64,000 nt of DNA from Monocercomonoides exilis PA203 (lineage: Eukaryota > Protista > Preaxostyla): contig LSRY02000008.1 of the NCBI GenBank assembly GCA_001643675.2, forward strand, positions 1,488,001 through 1,552,000, read 5' to 3'. The position numbers and the translations under genes were made by a program. Under the pieces are notes generated by a model. The model saw only the letters and a list, made by a program, of their open reading frames with translations. It was not told the origin of the DNA and did not search any database. Positions within the stretch are counted from its first letter, which is position 1. Each line of letters begins with the position of its first letter. Positions 38,805 through 51,544 of this stretch are shown in pieces.

Positions 38805-40604
38805 GTGAGTCAAGCCCCATTCCTCTCAACTCCCTCGATGCCATTTGCTTCTCTCTCCAAATTATCATTTTTCAACTTTTCAACAGCATCTTCAGATTAT
38901 TCACCTCCAGCGACTACATCAACCCAAACCTCGTGTTTTATGAACAGTTGCTCCTTTTCATCAGTCTGTGATGTGTATGATGGAGGGATTGTTCCTTCCC
39001 TCAACAACCCCTCATCATCCTTAACTGTTTCAAACGCCTCATTCATTGGATGTTGTCGTACAAGAAATGTTGTATGTGAAGGAACTTCAGATAATAATAA
39101 AAAGCCAGGGAGGCAAAACGAAACGGATAATGGAGCAAACTCATTCACTTGGTGTGAATGGGATGGGTCGAAGACTACTGGAGAAATTGACTCTAATACA
39201 GACGGGATATCGAGTGGAGGTGCAATTTTCATGTACAACAAGGGAAATGGAGAACTATCTGTTTCTCATTGCTCGTTTAATAATTGCTTTGCATACAGCC
39301 GTGGAGGTGGAATTATGTGCAACACAATAAAGTCTGTGCGTATCGAAAATAATGTGTTCAATGCGTGTACAGCTCAAAACCAACATGGAGGCGGAATGTA
39401 TGCCAGCTCCATTTCATCATGTGCTCGGATCAGTGATTGCGAATTCCGGAATTGCAAGGCATCAAGCTATGGAGGAGGATTAATATTGCAATCATTTCAG
39501 GTTTCTGGAGAAGGATGCATTCCAACAGAAAATGGAGGAGGGGAGAGTGCGTGTGTGTTTGACTGCATTTTCACTTCATGCTCAGTTTCTGCAAATAATG
39601 GTGGAGGCATGTGTTGTCAATACGTTCCAACGAAATTCAAAATGAGGAGCATTCAGTTTATATCATGTAATGCATCGGCATATGGAGGAGGATTTTGGTT
39701 TTATCCCGTTCAATCAACAGCGCCAAGTGATGGGTTTTATTGTTATTTTTTGTTCTTCCATGAATGCAAATGCAGAACAACCTCCACTCCATATGGTCAT
39801 GATGTGATGTATTATGATCAAAATAATCTCTATTTATCCCAAAATAATCCATTTCATGAATGTTACACAACAAACACAGATGGCCAGAGAGTATGTTATG
39901 GATATGATTATTCGAGTACAGGGAGTTGGAAATTTCAGTACACGGAAAAGAAGGATTGGCTGAAGGACAAGACGATTTATGTTTCGGTGAATGGAAATGA
40001 TACATCTCCATTTTGCGGGGCAAATGAATCAAATCCGTGTCTGACAGTGAAGAAGGCGTTTGAGATGTGTGAGGTGCAGATAAGCTTGGCAATCACGCTG
40101 CTGGATGGAAATCATGAAAGAGAAACAACAACCATTGATATTGGGACAAAGAAGATTTCGGTCATTGGGAAAGGCAAAGATAAAAGTTCGATTGGAACAG
40201 GAGCCCTTTCATCATCTTCTTCTTCCTTCTCATTTTCATCTGCTCATTCTTTCTTCTCCCTATTTATCATTTATCCTCGAGAAAAAGTGATTCAACAGCT
40301 TCGGTTCATTTCATGTCAACTATTAATCTACAAGAATCTTATTTTCAATTATCCTTCTCTTGTTATTTTTTCCGAGCAGACATTAGATATTGCAAAGAAG
40401 GAGCAGAAAGGCGGAGGAAGAGCATTTGGAGCTGCTAACTGTGAAAATGCTGTCAAATGCTCATTTATAATCACTAACTTTTTTGTAAATAATTTTTTTT
40501 TCAATAGAACTGCTTCCTCCTCTTTTTCGTCTTCTTCTTCTTCTTCTTCTTCCTCTTCATCTTCCTTTTATTCATCATCGTCATTGCCTAATTTTACGAT
40601 TTGA
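38805..40604 (+). CDS. Cassette E: beta-helix adhesin-like ORF (partial; reads through into the linker after ~40215)
   Basis: 599 aa ORF. Family similarity ends at SSIGTGALSS. Confidence 0.7.
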   Translation: MSQAPFLSTPSMPFASLSKLSFFNFSTASSDYSPPATTSTQTSCFMNSCSFSSVCDVYDGGIVPSLNNPSSSLTVSNASFIGCCRTRNVVCEGTSDNNKKPGRQNETDNGANSFTWCEWDGSKTTGEIDSNTDGISSGGAIFMYNKGNGELSVSHCSFNNCFAYSRGGGIMCNTIKSVRIENNVFNACTAQNQHGGGMYASSISSCARISDCEFRNCKASSYGGGLILQSFQVSGEGCIPTENGGGESACVFDCIFTSCSVSANNGGGMCCQYVPTKFKMRSIQFISCNASAYGGGFWFYPVQSTAPSDGFYCYFLFFHECKCRTTSTPYGHDVMYYDQNNLYLSQNNPFHECYTTNTDGQRVCYGYDYSSTGSWKFQYTEKKDWLKDKTIYVSVNGNDTSPFCGANESNPCLTVKKAFEMCEVQISLAITLLDGNHERETTTIDIGTKKISVIGKGKDKSSIGTGALSSSSSSFSFSSAHSFFSLFIIYPREKVIQQLRFISCQLLIYKNLIFNYPSLVIFSEQTLDIAKKEQKGGGRAFGAANCENAVKCSFIITNFFVNNFFFNRTASSSFSSSSSSSSSSSSSFYSSSSLPNFTI

Positions 40605-41208
40605 GCTGTTGGAGTTATTCCACTTGAAACAGAACTGAGGATTGGACTTTGGCTATTATTTTTAGGAGAAGAAGAAAAGAAACGGAGGCGGGACAAATGA
40701 ATTTTGCTGACAGAAAATAACGATATTTTGGGGGAAAAAAAAAGGAAATGAAGAAGAAAGGACGAATTAGAAAAAGTGTGTGAAAAAAATTCATTATGAA
40801 ATAGTTTGTTATTATTTGTTATATCTTATTTTGCTTTGTTTTGTTTTAAAAAATTATCTTTCGTATTTAATTACAAATTTATATTTTTTCCCTCAATTAT
40901 TTAATGATTATAGGGGCATTTGTGTGGTTATTCAAAAGCGATAAATGCGAATGGAATGTGGAAAGAAGACAGGAAATGGGAAGCGAAGATAAAAAGAGGA
41001 TTTGTCGAAAGATGAATGATGAAGAATGTTGGAATTTCGTTTTGATTTAGAGGAATAAAAGGGAAAGATGATTTTCTTCTTATGGATATCCCTTTGAGAA
41101 GCAGCGGAAGAGGCGAGAAAAGGGATTTGAGCTTATTTGGAAATTTTGCTGCATGACGCCAAGAGGCATGAGGAAGAGAAGGAAGCTTTGAAGAAAGAAT
41201 TTCAGTGA

Positions 41209-42903
41209 GTGAATCTCACTTTTCCTCTTTTTGCCAATTTTTTATTACCGCCCTTTACACCCCTAATGTCCCTCTCCAAATTATCATTTTTCAACATCTC
41301 AACAGCAAATGATGTATGTTCGCCTTCAACAACTACGTCAACTCAAACCACATGTCTGATGAGTAGTTGCTCATTTTTATCTGTTTGTGATGCATATGAT
41401 GGCGGAATTGTTCCTTCTCTGAACAACCCCTTGGCTTCCTTATCTGTTTCGAACACATCATTCGTTGGATGTTGTCGGACAAGGAATGTTGAATGCATTG
41501 GAACTTCAGAAGTTCCATTGAAACCAGACAGACAGAATGAAACATTCAATGGAGCAAACTCATTTATTTGGTGTGAATGGGATGGATCGAGGACAACAGG
41601 AGAAAGCGATTCATGGACGGATGGAATGTCAAGTGGAGGGGCTATCTGCATGTATGGTCAATCAAACGCCTCTGTGTCTGTTTCCCATTGTGTGTTTAAT
41701 GGATGTATTGCACATTATGCTGGAGGAGGAATTAATTGCTTCAATATTTCATCAGTTGAGATTGTGAACAACACCTTTGATTCTTGTAACGCTCAAAATC
41801 GTTATGGTGGTGGAGTATTTGTTTATACGATTTCGTCGTGTGTTCGTATCAGCGGATGTGAATTTCAGAATTGCAAAACAGTTAATTATGGAGGAGGACT
41901 TTATCTTGATAATTTTAATGTTTCAGGAACAGGATGCATTCCAATAGAAAAAGGGGAAGGGGAGAGTGCGTGTGTGTTTGACTGCGGTTTCACTTCATGC
42001 TCAGTTACAAATACTGTTGGTGGAGGCATGTATTGTGTTAATATTCCTGCCACGCAATTCAAAATGAGGAGTGTTCAGTTTATTTCATGTTCAGCAACGT
42101 CAACTGGGGGAGGATTGTGTTTGCATCCAAATCGAGCAACAGCACCAAATGATAAAATTTATTGTTTCTTCATATTTTTCCATGAATGCAAATGCTCTGC
42201 AGCCACTCCATATGGGCATGATATGATATATTACGATAATAACAATTTATATTTATCTCAAAATAATCCGTTCTATGAATGTTACACAACAAACACAGAT
42301 GACCAGAGAGCGTGTTATGCGTATAATTACTCGAATGCAGGTGCCTGGAAATTTGATCAAACAATGAAAAAGATGTGGCTGAAAAGAGGGATTCTCAACA
42401 GATTTGTGGCTGTGAGTGGTGGAGGTGAAGAAGAGTTATGTGGACTGGATGAGTCAAGTGCATGCCGAACCATTGGTGTTGCTGTTGAAAAGAGCGTGAT
42501 CCAGGTGAGCCTGTCTGTCACACTGATGGGCGGGGATCACACAAGCGAGACAGCAACAATTGAGATTGGAGAAAAGAAGATTTCAGTCATTGGGAAAGGA
42601 AAGGAAACATGTTCGATTGGAACAGGAGCCCTTTCATCATCATCAGCAGTAGGAACGTTGTTCAGTGTGACAACAGGTCATCTTGGTTTATTGCACATGA
42701 AGGTTGACTGCAATTCAAATTCAAGTCCTTCTTCTCCGAGTGTGGTTGTGGTGTCTGATGGAGGTGGGTCACTTTCATTGGAGGATGTTGTGATCACCAC
42801 GAGTGTTTCTTCAGGAAACTATGTGGTGTCTTCGTCAGTGTTTGTGGTGGCGCTGTCACAGCTGTCGATGGTTGGTGTGGAGATCAAAGATATGAAATTT
42901 TGA
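41209..42903 (+). CDS. Cassette F: beta-helix adhesin-like ORF (partial)
   Basis: 564 aa ORF ending VGVEIKDMKF. Confidence 0.7.
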   Translation: MNLTFPLFANFLLPPFTPLMSLSKLSFFNISTANDVCSPSTTTSTQTTCLMSSCSFLSVCDAYDGGIVPSLNNPLASLSVSNTSFVGCCRTRNVECIGTSEVPLKPDRQNETFNGANSFIWCEWDGSRTTGESDSWTDGMSSGGAICMYGQSNASVSVSHCVFNGCIAHYAGGGINCFNISSVEIVNNTFDSCNAQNRYGGGVFVYTISSCVRISGCEFQNCKTVNYGGGLYLDNFNVSGTGCIPIEKGEGESACVFDCGFTSCSVTNTVGGGMYCVNIPATQFKMRSVQFISCSATSTGGGLCLHPNRATAPNDKIYCFFIFFHECKCSAATPYGHDMIYYDNNNLYLSQNNPFYECYTTNTDDQRACYAYNYSNAGAWKFDQTMKKMWLKRGILNRFVAVSGGGEEELCGLDESSACRTIGVAVEKSVIQVSLSVTLMGGDHTSETATIEIGEKKISVIGKGKETCSIGTGALSSSSAVGTLFSVTTGHLGLLHMKVDCNSNSSPSSPSVVVVSDGGGSLSLEDVVITTSVSSGNYVVSSSVFVVALSQLSMVGVEIKDMKF

Positions 42904-45546
42904 AGCATATTTTCTCTGGGTCAGAATCATATGTGTGGAAGGAAGAGAAACTGTTCTGTGAAATTAGAGAATGAATGAAAAGAAAAGAGTAGAAGGAGAT
43001 GAAAAAGCACATATGGCATGGGACGCAATGATAATTGTTAATTTAAATTCATAAATACTAAATTGACAATGAAATCAAAACAAATAATTAAGTTTATTTG
43101 AATTGATTTATTTCGTTGAACTTCAGAAAAAAACTTTTCAGAATAATTAACAGTGAAATTTTGTATGTGTAATGAAATGCTTTATATTCAGTATTTATTT
43201 ATAAATTGTTTCATGCGTTTGTAGAGTCAGATTTTTATTAGTACATATTTTTATATCGGTGTCTATTTTTTTTCTCCTTTTATTGTGATTAATGCACATT
43301 TGAAAATTATAAAAAATAAACAAATGGGGACGAATATGAATTTTCAAGTATTTTTTGGACCATGTATTTGAACTTTCTTTCTTTCAAAAATAATAACACA
43401 CAAAAAATAATGAATAAATCATATTATCCTGCTGGTCTGTTAACGTCATTGTTGAGATAATATACATTTTAGTGATATTCAATATATTTCGAAATGTTAA
43501 GCCTTTTTATGAGAATTTCTGTAATAATAAAAGTTCATCTAAAGTGCATTTTTTTTCTTCGAAAATAATTGAAGTTTCATATTTACCCTTAAATAGTTTG
43601 GAAATATTAAAAAGCATGTTTCTGTGAATTACATTTATGCCATTTCTATTTTTTTTCAAAAGATCATGAATTTTTTTCGTTGTTGTTGTTGTTGTTGTAA
43701 ATGCGTAGTTATTTTTGAAATCATAACTTTTTTCTGGGTGTGAATAATTTCTCTTATCCTTTCCTTGAGCAAGACTGTGGAAATTTCAATGTTGGATGTG
43801 TTGCATTTGCGATATTGATGGATAAATAATTAAAAATTGATGGCCGACTTCAAACAAAGAAAATTTCAACTTTTTGAAAAATATTTCCAAATGAAAATTC
43901 TTAAAATTAATTTTGATTTTTTTGACATAAAGCTTATGATTTCAAAAATGATCACCCATATTCATGATCAAAGACTTGCTTGCATTCCCACAAGCTTTGT
44001 GTTTCTGTTATTTTAAATATTATCATTGTTAACATATTCACGATTTTAAAATTCAAAATTATTTTCTCTTTTCAATCTGTTTTCCCCTTCATTTTTCTCA
44101 TTTCACGTGAAAATGAAAAATTGAATAACCTTCACAGATGGAAATGACTAAGATATTTTCTTTTCGACAATATGAGTATTGTCGAGTTCTTCAACACATT
44201 TTTAGTGTTTGACAGAGAGCTAAATGTTTTTATTATTAATTTTTCACAATCTCAAAAACTAAGGAACTTAATTTATGATTTCATAATAACAAAAGATATC
44301 GAATAATAATTTTTGTTCAACTAAAGTTGCACTTCAATTCTTTCCGATTTTTTCCACAATGCCATCAATAAATAATTTGAAATGATTATTTTTATTAATA
44401 CACAAAACACTCAAATGCTTATCCAAAATGAATTAATTATTTCTGGAAAAATCCTTTTTATCTGTCAAAAGGGATTAATGTCATCATCATATTTTGATCT
44501 GATTGTTTTTCCATTTTCACTTTATTTTCTAAAATGGAACTCGACAAAACGAACCACAGCAACATCTCTATATTTTCCAAATAACACAAATAATAAGAAA
44601 TTGGTAAAATAATCAGATTATGAAAAGAAGAAGACATTTTCACCTTTGAACAGATAAAAAGGAAGTTTCCAGAAATAATTAATTCATTTTGGATAAGCAT
44701 TTGAGTGTTTTGTGTATTAATAAAAATAATCATTTCAAATTATTTATTTGTTGATAATGGCATCGCATTAAGCAGCAGTCTGTCAGAAAACAAAAATTTC
44801 TTGGAAAAAAATCGGAAAGAATTGAAGTGCAACTTTAGTTGAACAAAAAATTATTATTCGATATCTTTTGTTATTATGAAATCATAAATTAAGTTCCTTA
44901 GTTTTTGAGATTGTGAAAAATTAATAATAAAAACATTTAGCTCTCGAATCGGATAATGGTGATGTTGGGTTTATTTTTCATTTTTCTTATTGGATCTGTC
45001 AAACACTAAAAAGATATTGAAAAATGTGTTGAAGAACTCGACAATACTCATATTGTCGAAAAGAAAATATCTTAGTCATTTCCATCTGTGAAGGTTATTC
45101 AATTTTTCATTTTTCACGTGAAATGAGAAAAATGAAGGGGGAAAACAGATTGAAAAGAGAAAATAATTTTGAATTTTAAAATCGTGAATATGTTAACAAT
45201 GATAATATTTAAAATAACAGAAACACAAAGCTTGTGGGAATGCAAGCAAGTCTTTGATCATGAATATGGGTGATCATTTTTGAAATCATAAGCTTTATGT
45301 CAAAAAAATCAAAATTAATTTTAAGAATTTTCATTTGGAAATATTTTTTCAAAAAGTTGAAATTTTCTTTGTTTGAAGTCGGCCATCAATTTTTAATTAT
45401 TTATCCATCAATATCGCAAATGCAACACATCCAACATTGAAATTTCCACAGTCTTGCTCAAGGAAAGGATAAGAGAAATTATTCACACCCAGAAAAAAGT
45501 TATGATTTCAAAAATAACTACGCATTTACAACAACAACAACAACAA

Positions 45547-45600
<54 letters not shown>

Positions 45601-47364
45601 CATGATCTTTTTGAAAAAAATAGAAATGGCATAAATGTAATTCACAGAAACATGCTTTTTAATATTTCCAAACTATTTAAGGGTAAATATGAAACTTCAA
45701 TTATTTTCGAAGAAAAAAAAAATGCACTTTAGATGAACTTTTTATTATTACAGAAATTCTCATAAAAAGGCTTAACATTTCGAAATATATTGAATATCAC
45801 TAAAATGTATATTATCTCAACAATGACGTTAACAGACCAGCAGGATAATATGATTTATTCATTATTTTTTGTGTGTTATTATTTTTGAAAGAAAGAAAGT
45901 TCAAATACATGGTCCAAAAAATACTTGAAAATTCATATTCGTCCCCATTTGTTTATTTTTTATAATTTTCAAATGTGCATTAATCACAATAAAAGGAGAA
46001 AAAAAATAGACACCGATATAAAAATATGTACTAATAAAAATCTGACTCTACAAACGCATGAAACAATTTATAAATAAATACTGAATATAAAGCATTTCAT
46101 TACACATACAAAATTTCACTGTTAATTATTCTGAAAAGTTTTTTTCTGAAGTTCAACGAAATAAATCAATTCAAATAAACTTAATTATTTGTTTTGATTT
46201 CATTGTCAATTTAGTATTTATGAATTTAAATTAACAATTATCATTGCGTCCCATGCCATATGTGCTTTTTCATCTCCTTCTACTCTTTTCTTTTCATTCA
46301 TTCTCTAATTTCACAGAACAGTTTCTCTTCCTTCCACACATATGATTCTGACCCAGAGAAAATATGCTTCAAAATTTCATATCTTTGATCTCCACACCAA
46401 CCATCGACAGCTGTGACAGCGCCACCACAAACACTGACGAAGACACCACATAGTTTCCTGAAGAAACACTCGTGGTGATCACAACATCCTCCAATGAAAG
46501 TGACCCACCTCCATCAGACACCACAACCACACTCGGAGAAGAAGGACTTGAATTTGAATTGCAGTCAACCTTCATGTGCAATAAACCAAGATGACCTGTT
46601 GTCACACTGAACAACGTTCCTACTGCTGATGATGATGAAAGGGCTCCTGTTCCAATCGAACATGTTTCCTTTCCTTTCCCAATGACTGAAATCTTCTTTT
46701 CTCCAATCTCAATTGTTGCTGTCTCGCTTGTGTGATCCCCGCCCATCAGTGTGACAGACAGGCTCACCTGGATCACGCTCTTTTCAACAGCAACACCAAT
46801 GGTTCGGCATGCACTTGACTCATCCAGTCCACATAACTCTTCTTCACCTCCACCACTCACAGCCACAAATCTGTTGAGAATCCCTCTTTTCAGCCACATC
46901 TTTTTCATTGTTTGATCAAATTTCCAGGCACCTGCATTCGAGTAATTATACGCATAACACGCTCTCTGGTCATCTGTGTTTGTTGTGTAACATTCATAGA
47001 ACGGATTATTTTGAGATAAATATAAATTGTTATTATCGTAATATATCATATCATGCCCATATGGAGTGGCTGCAGAGCATTTGCATTCATGGAAAAATAT
47101 GAAGAAACAATAGATTCTATCATTTGGCGTTGTTGCTCGATTTGGATGCAAACACAATCCTCCCCCAGTTGACGTTGCTGAACATGAAATAAACTGAACA
47201 CTCCTCATTTTGAATTGCGTGGCAGGAATATTAACACAATACATGCCTCCACCAACAGTATTTGTAACTGAGCATGAAGTGAAACCGCAGTCAAACACAC
47301 ACGCACTCTCCCCTTCCCCTTTTTCTATTGGAATGCATCCTGTTCCTGAAACATTAAAATTATC
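41908..47364. repeat. Palindrome P2, ~5.5 kb, axis ~44558
   Basis: The 3' halves of F and G plus 1.6 kb of downstream DNA are reverse complements (coordinate sum 89272 in the outer part, 89115 in the inner part). Confidence 0.95.
44450..44665. other. Imperfect hairpin centre of P2
   Basis: 44450-44518 pairs with 44597-44665 with 18 mismatches in 69 bp on a constant axis; residual ttattt/aaataa and tggaa/ttcca pairing further inside. Confidence 0.85.
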
Positions 47365-48066
47365 TAATTTCAATCCTCCACCTGAACCAATCGCTTGACA
47401 GTTTTTGAACTCACATCCACTCACTCGAGCACACGAAGAAATTCCATATAAATACACACCTCCCCCATATCGATTTGAGGAGACACAGCAATTGAAAGTG
47501 CTGCTTTCAATAGTCACTGCTTTGATAGTATAGCACATTATCCCTCCACCACAACAATATGATGAGCAGTCGTTGAATGTGCAACGAGAAATGGAAAGTG
47601 TTCCAGATGTTAAGGTGTGCATAAATATTGCTCCTCCATTCGAGGCTTGATTTGAATAATCTTCACTTGTCTCAGTAGCCTTCGATCCTTTCCATTCGCA
47701 CCAAGTGAATGAATTCGCTCCATTATCCGTTGTGTTTTGTCTCCCTGGAGTCAACTTGACATCTGCATTTCCTTCGCATACAACATTTCTTGTTCGGCAA
47801 CACCCAACGAATGAAGTGTTTGAGGCAGTCAGAGAGGCCAAGGGATTGTTGAGGGAATGAACAATTCCGCCATCATACACATCACAGACCGATGAAAATG
47901 AGCAACTGTTCATAAAACATGTGATTTGTGTTGACATTGTGGTTGAAGGTGAGCATGCATCATTTGCTATTGAGATGTTGAAAAATATTAGTTTGAAGAA
48001 GGATATAAGGGAAATAGAAGGTGAAGCGAAATATTGGCAAAAAGATGAGAAATTAAATTCATTCAC
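46369..48066 (-). CDS. Cassette G: mosaic beta-helix adhesin-like ORF shared by P2 and P3
   Basis: 565 aa ORF. The 3' half is nearly identical to F, the 5' half is different, and the first ~20 codons are identical to I. Confidence 0.7.
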   Translation of the reverse strand: MNEFNFSSFCQYFASPSISLISFFKLIFFNISIANDACSPSTTMSTQITCFMNSCSFSSVCDVYDGGIVHSLNNPLASLTASNTSFVGCCRTRNVVCEGNADVKLTPGRQNTTDNGANSFTWCEWKGSKATETSEDYSNQASNGGAIFMHTLTSGTLSISRCTFNDCSSYCCGGGIMCYTIKAVTIESSTFNCCVSSNRYGGGVYLYGISSCARVSGCEFKNCQAIGSGGGLKLDNFNVSGTGCIPIEKGEGESACVFDCGFTSCSVTNTVGGGMYCVNIPATQFKMRSVQFISCSATSTGGGLCLHPNRATTPNDRIYCFFIFFHECKCSAATPYGHDMIYYDNNNLYLSQNNPFYECYTTNTDDQRACYAYNYSNAGAWKFDQTMKKMWLKRGILNRFVAVSGGGEEELCGLDESSACRTIGVAVEKSVIQVSLSVTLMGGDHTSETATIEIGEKKISVIGKGKETCSIGTGALSSSSAVGTLFSVTTGHLGLLHMKVDCNSNSSPSSPSVVVVSDGGGSLSLEDVVITTSVSSGNYVVSSSVFVVALSQLSMVGVEIKDMKF

Positions 48067-50539
48067 AGAATTTCTTCCTTTTCCTTCTCCCCCTTCCCCA
48101 TGCCTCTTAGCCCCATGCCAAAAAATATCCCATTGAGCTTGAGTTCCTCTTTTCTGCCTCTTCTGCTGCTGCTGCTTCCGAAAAGATTTTTGTTAGAAAA
48201 ATTCCACAAAAATTTCTTCCCCATTCTCTTCAGTTCTTTCCGCCTCGCTCATTCTGCCAAACGCTCTTCAGTTGCTGCTTTCTCCCAATTTCTTCCAGGA
48301 ATGTCCCAGAAAAAAGCAGTGCTTCCACATCCCGTATTTCATGCTCCCCCAGTGCTTCTCATAACACCTGATCGCATCACACATCAATCAAATTAAAAAA
48401 AATACAAATACAAATAAAAAATGGAACATGAAGAAAATGAACAAACAAGAATAAAATACCTCCACAAATCTTCATTTCCCTTCACTCCCCTCGTCCCCTG
48501 TTTGCTCTCCAATTAACTCTCACCCCAACATCATCCACTCCAAGCACCACACCACACCACGCCTTCGCCTTTCAAACTCAATTCCAAATAAAGTAAAATT
48601 AAATGTTGTTCTCACCCGCTCTTCCATTGCCCATTCAACCTCACTCTCACCATTCTTCTCTTCCCATCTTCCTCCATCCAACCCTCAATCCAAAAAATAT
48701 GAAATATTTCTCTTCCTCCTCTCATTCTTCAAGCAAAGCTATAAAAACAATCTGCGCTCCTCAGCCGACATGTGATGGCTTTCCATGCATCTTTCCGCAA
48801 TTCACTCAATATCCTCAATAAAGAAAAATAAAATTAAATATAAAATATATAAATTCTCATGAAACAAATCACCAAACCTGTCTCCTCCTACGCCCCGAAA
48901 GGCTCACAAAGCAATCGCACATTCCCTTTCCTGTGCTGCCTCGACTGCCCAGATGAGCATGACTGCATCCCCAAACATCCCCACCCATCAGCTCCCAAAA
49001 TACATCATCCAACTCGCTTTTGTCACCCCCTTTGAAATAAAAAATATGTGTATATAAATCCCAGCTGCAATGTGTTCCTCCACTAAACAGGCACTCCGCT
49101 CCACATTCTCCATTCCCCTCCCTTTTCCTGCTCCTTCTCACAAACATTGTTTCCCTCATTCGCCTTTCTTTTCCAAAAAAAGAATTGCTGAAAAATCATC
49201 CCTTCAAACACAGCTGCTGCAAGCACCATTTTCCCTTGTGCGCATCCGCTTCTCTGATCAGCCACAAGCTGAACCCTGCTCCCCACAAACAATCTCGCTT
49301 AGAAATCAAACACTGCCAAACACATGAAATTCAGAAAATGAACAAATATATCCCCAAAACAAGTTTAATTTTTGTTTCCACACACCCCTCTCAACCACGT
49401 CCATTTTCACTCAACCATTGACGAGAAAAAGAAAATAATAAAATGATTTGTTGGTTTGAGTCTTTTTTGTAATGGATTCAGTGATCATCAGATTCGAAAG
49501 AACTGGAATATTCCATTCACAGAATGAGAAATCCGTGAGTGAACATTACCTGTAGAACTAAGAATATTATTTCCTGTGTGACAACAGACAATGGTGGAGA
49601 TGCAAAAATTCTGAAATTCTGCCTGATGATTGTTGGTAATTGGATGGCCAAGGGGAACACAACAATTTCATCAAAACACAAAAAGACATAATGTATGTAA
49701 TTTATATTGTTCTATTGATTGTGAAGATATTTCCATCTGTATCCTTTCCAAAGTGCAGGAATCCGAATTATTGTTGAAATGGCCAATCTCCGCTTTGTGG
49801 AGCAATGCGATGAGAACGGAGCAGATTATTATATAGACATTGGGAATCAAATGAAGTTATGGAAGATACATGATTTTTATAAATTTTTATTTGGTGCAAG
49901 AGGTGAAAACAAATTCAACTGAAGTTTTGTTGAATGAAGATTTCTGGATGGAATTCTGCGAAGGACAAAATCTGCACAATATTATATATCATTTTGGAAT
50001 GTTAGGCAGGGAGAGCAGTTTGGGGTATTTTTTTGGAAAGGAAAGTGGCAGGCAATATCGAGGGAAGGATATTAATCACAAAAAAAAAGGCAAGAATTCA
50101 ATGGAAAAAAGCAGAGCCCCAAAATATCAGTTTTATTTATAAGACTTTCCTGCTTCTCGGACTGTGCCAGGCAGCCATGGAAGGCTGCGAAATTCTATTT
50201 GTGATTCCGCTTTTGCTTCAAAAGAGTGGAGAAACGCCAACTACGAGACATCCAATTGTCGAATATTTGTTGGCAGTCGAACAACATTCAGGCCAAACGC
50301 TTTTGGATTTCATTCTTCGAAGAGGCAGCCATTTTGAGTGAGCAATGTGATTATCATTCGAAGTTTGCTTTCTTCGACGCCACAGCCAATGAAAGAGAAT
50401 TCGATGGGTTTTGTTTTCATCGTTTGTTTTTCAACAAAGCTGTTGTTTTGCTCAGCTTCTATGTTTGTGCACGGTTATTTGGATTTTGTGCGTTGAGCAT
50501 CAGAGAATGCATTTCAGAAGCATTGTCATCTGCATCGTG

Positions 50540-51350
50540 AGCATCGATGAATGAATGGCAACATTTCCATCCATCTTCCTCCTCTTCGCTGTTGAAGCAC
50601 AGCCAACTCATTCTCTTCGTTTTCATCAGGGTTTATCTTCCTCATCCGCGATCTCGTTGGCATTTGATGCCTTCCAATCACGCAGGCCGAAGAGCAATGT
50701 CCTTCAAACACAGAAAGATGAGCATCCCTTCCTTCCTCGGCATCCCCATTTCGTCTGCTTCAATCTGCCGATCGTTGTCGTCTATTTCTTCTTCATCTTC
50801 TTCATCTTTCTCTTTCTCTTTCTCATTGTCATGCTATCGCTGTTGTTATTTGTTGAGGAAGACACATTCTCAACGAGCGTCTTGTTCGCTTGTGCCTGTG
50901 ACATGTCTGGCATCGTCTGGTCGGGCATTGGCATCTGCAGCAGCAACATCTGCAGCTGCAACATCTGCAGCGGCAGCGGCAGCGGCAGCGGTTGGCATTG
51001 CCGCAGATGGATTGTCAGCGCTGCTTGTCCAAGTGATCCAACGGCACTTCCGTTTCAGAGCAAGCAGCATTCCCCTTCGCATGCTGCGCCATTCGGCCAA
51101 TCCAATAGCCGTAGTCATTAACATCAACATCAATATTTTTGTTATCATCATCAACATCAACATCATCATCATCATCATCATCATCATCTTCTTCTTCTTC
51201 TTCTTCGTTGTATTTGTTGTTTTCGTCTTTGTGTTTTTTTTCTTCATTTTCATTTGGGCTCTGCTCCTCTCTGCAGATGTCCCGTTCAATTAGCTCTTGT
51301 TCCCCATGTGCCACTCCACTTTGCATCTCACTTATATGTTGCATCATCTT
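50540..51350. other. GC-richer low-complexity block (GCA/GCG and GAT/GAA triplet runs), mirrored at ~59970-60780; probable dispersed repeat or decayed acidic-protein gene
   Basis: Compositionally distinct from its flanks; several frames are open on both strands with no recognisable domain. Confidence 0.35.
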
Positions 51351-51544
51351 TCACATTGACAATTGCAGCAATTTGTTCCTATTCTTCATTCCTATTCTTC
51401 CTCTCCTTTTCCATTCTAATTATCGTTATTGCTGTCTTTCTTATCATCTTCATCACGAACTTCTCCCTATTTATCAAGATAGTAATATAATTCCATGTAT
51501 ATCTTTCTTCTATTTCTTCTTTTTTTTCTTCCACATCATCTTTG

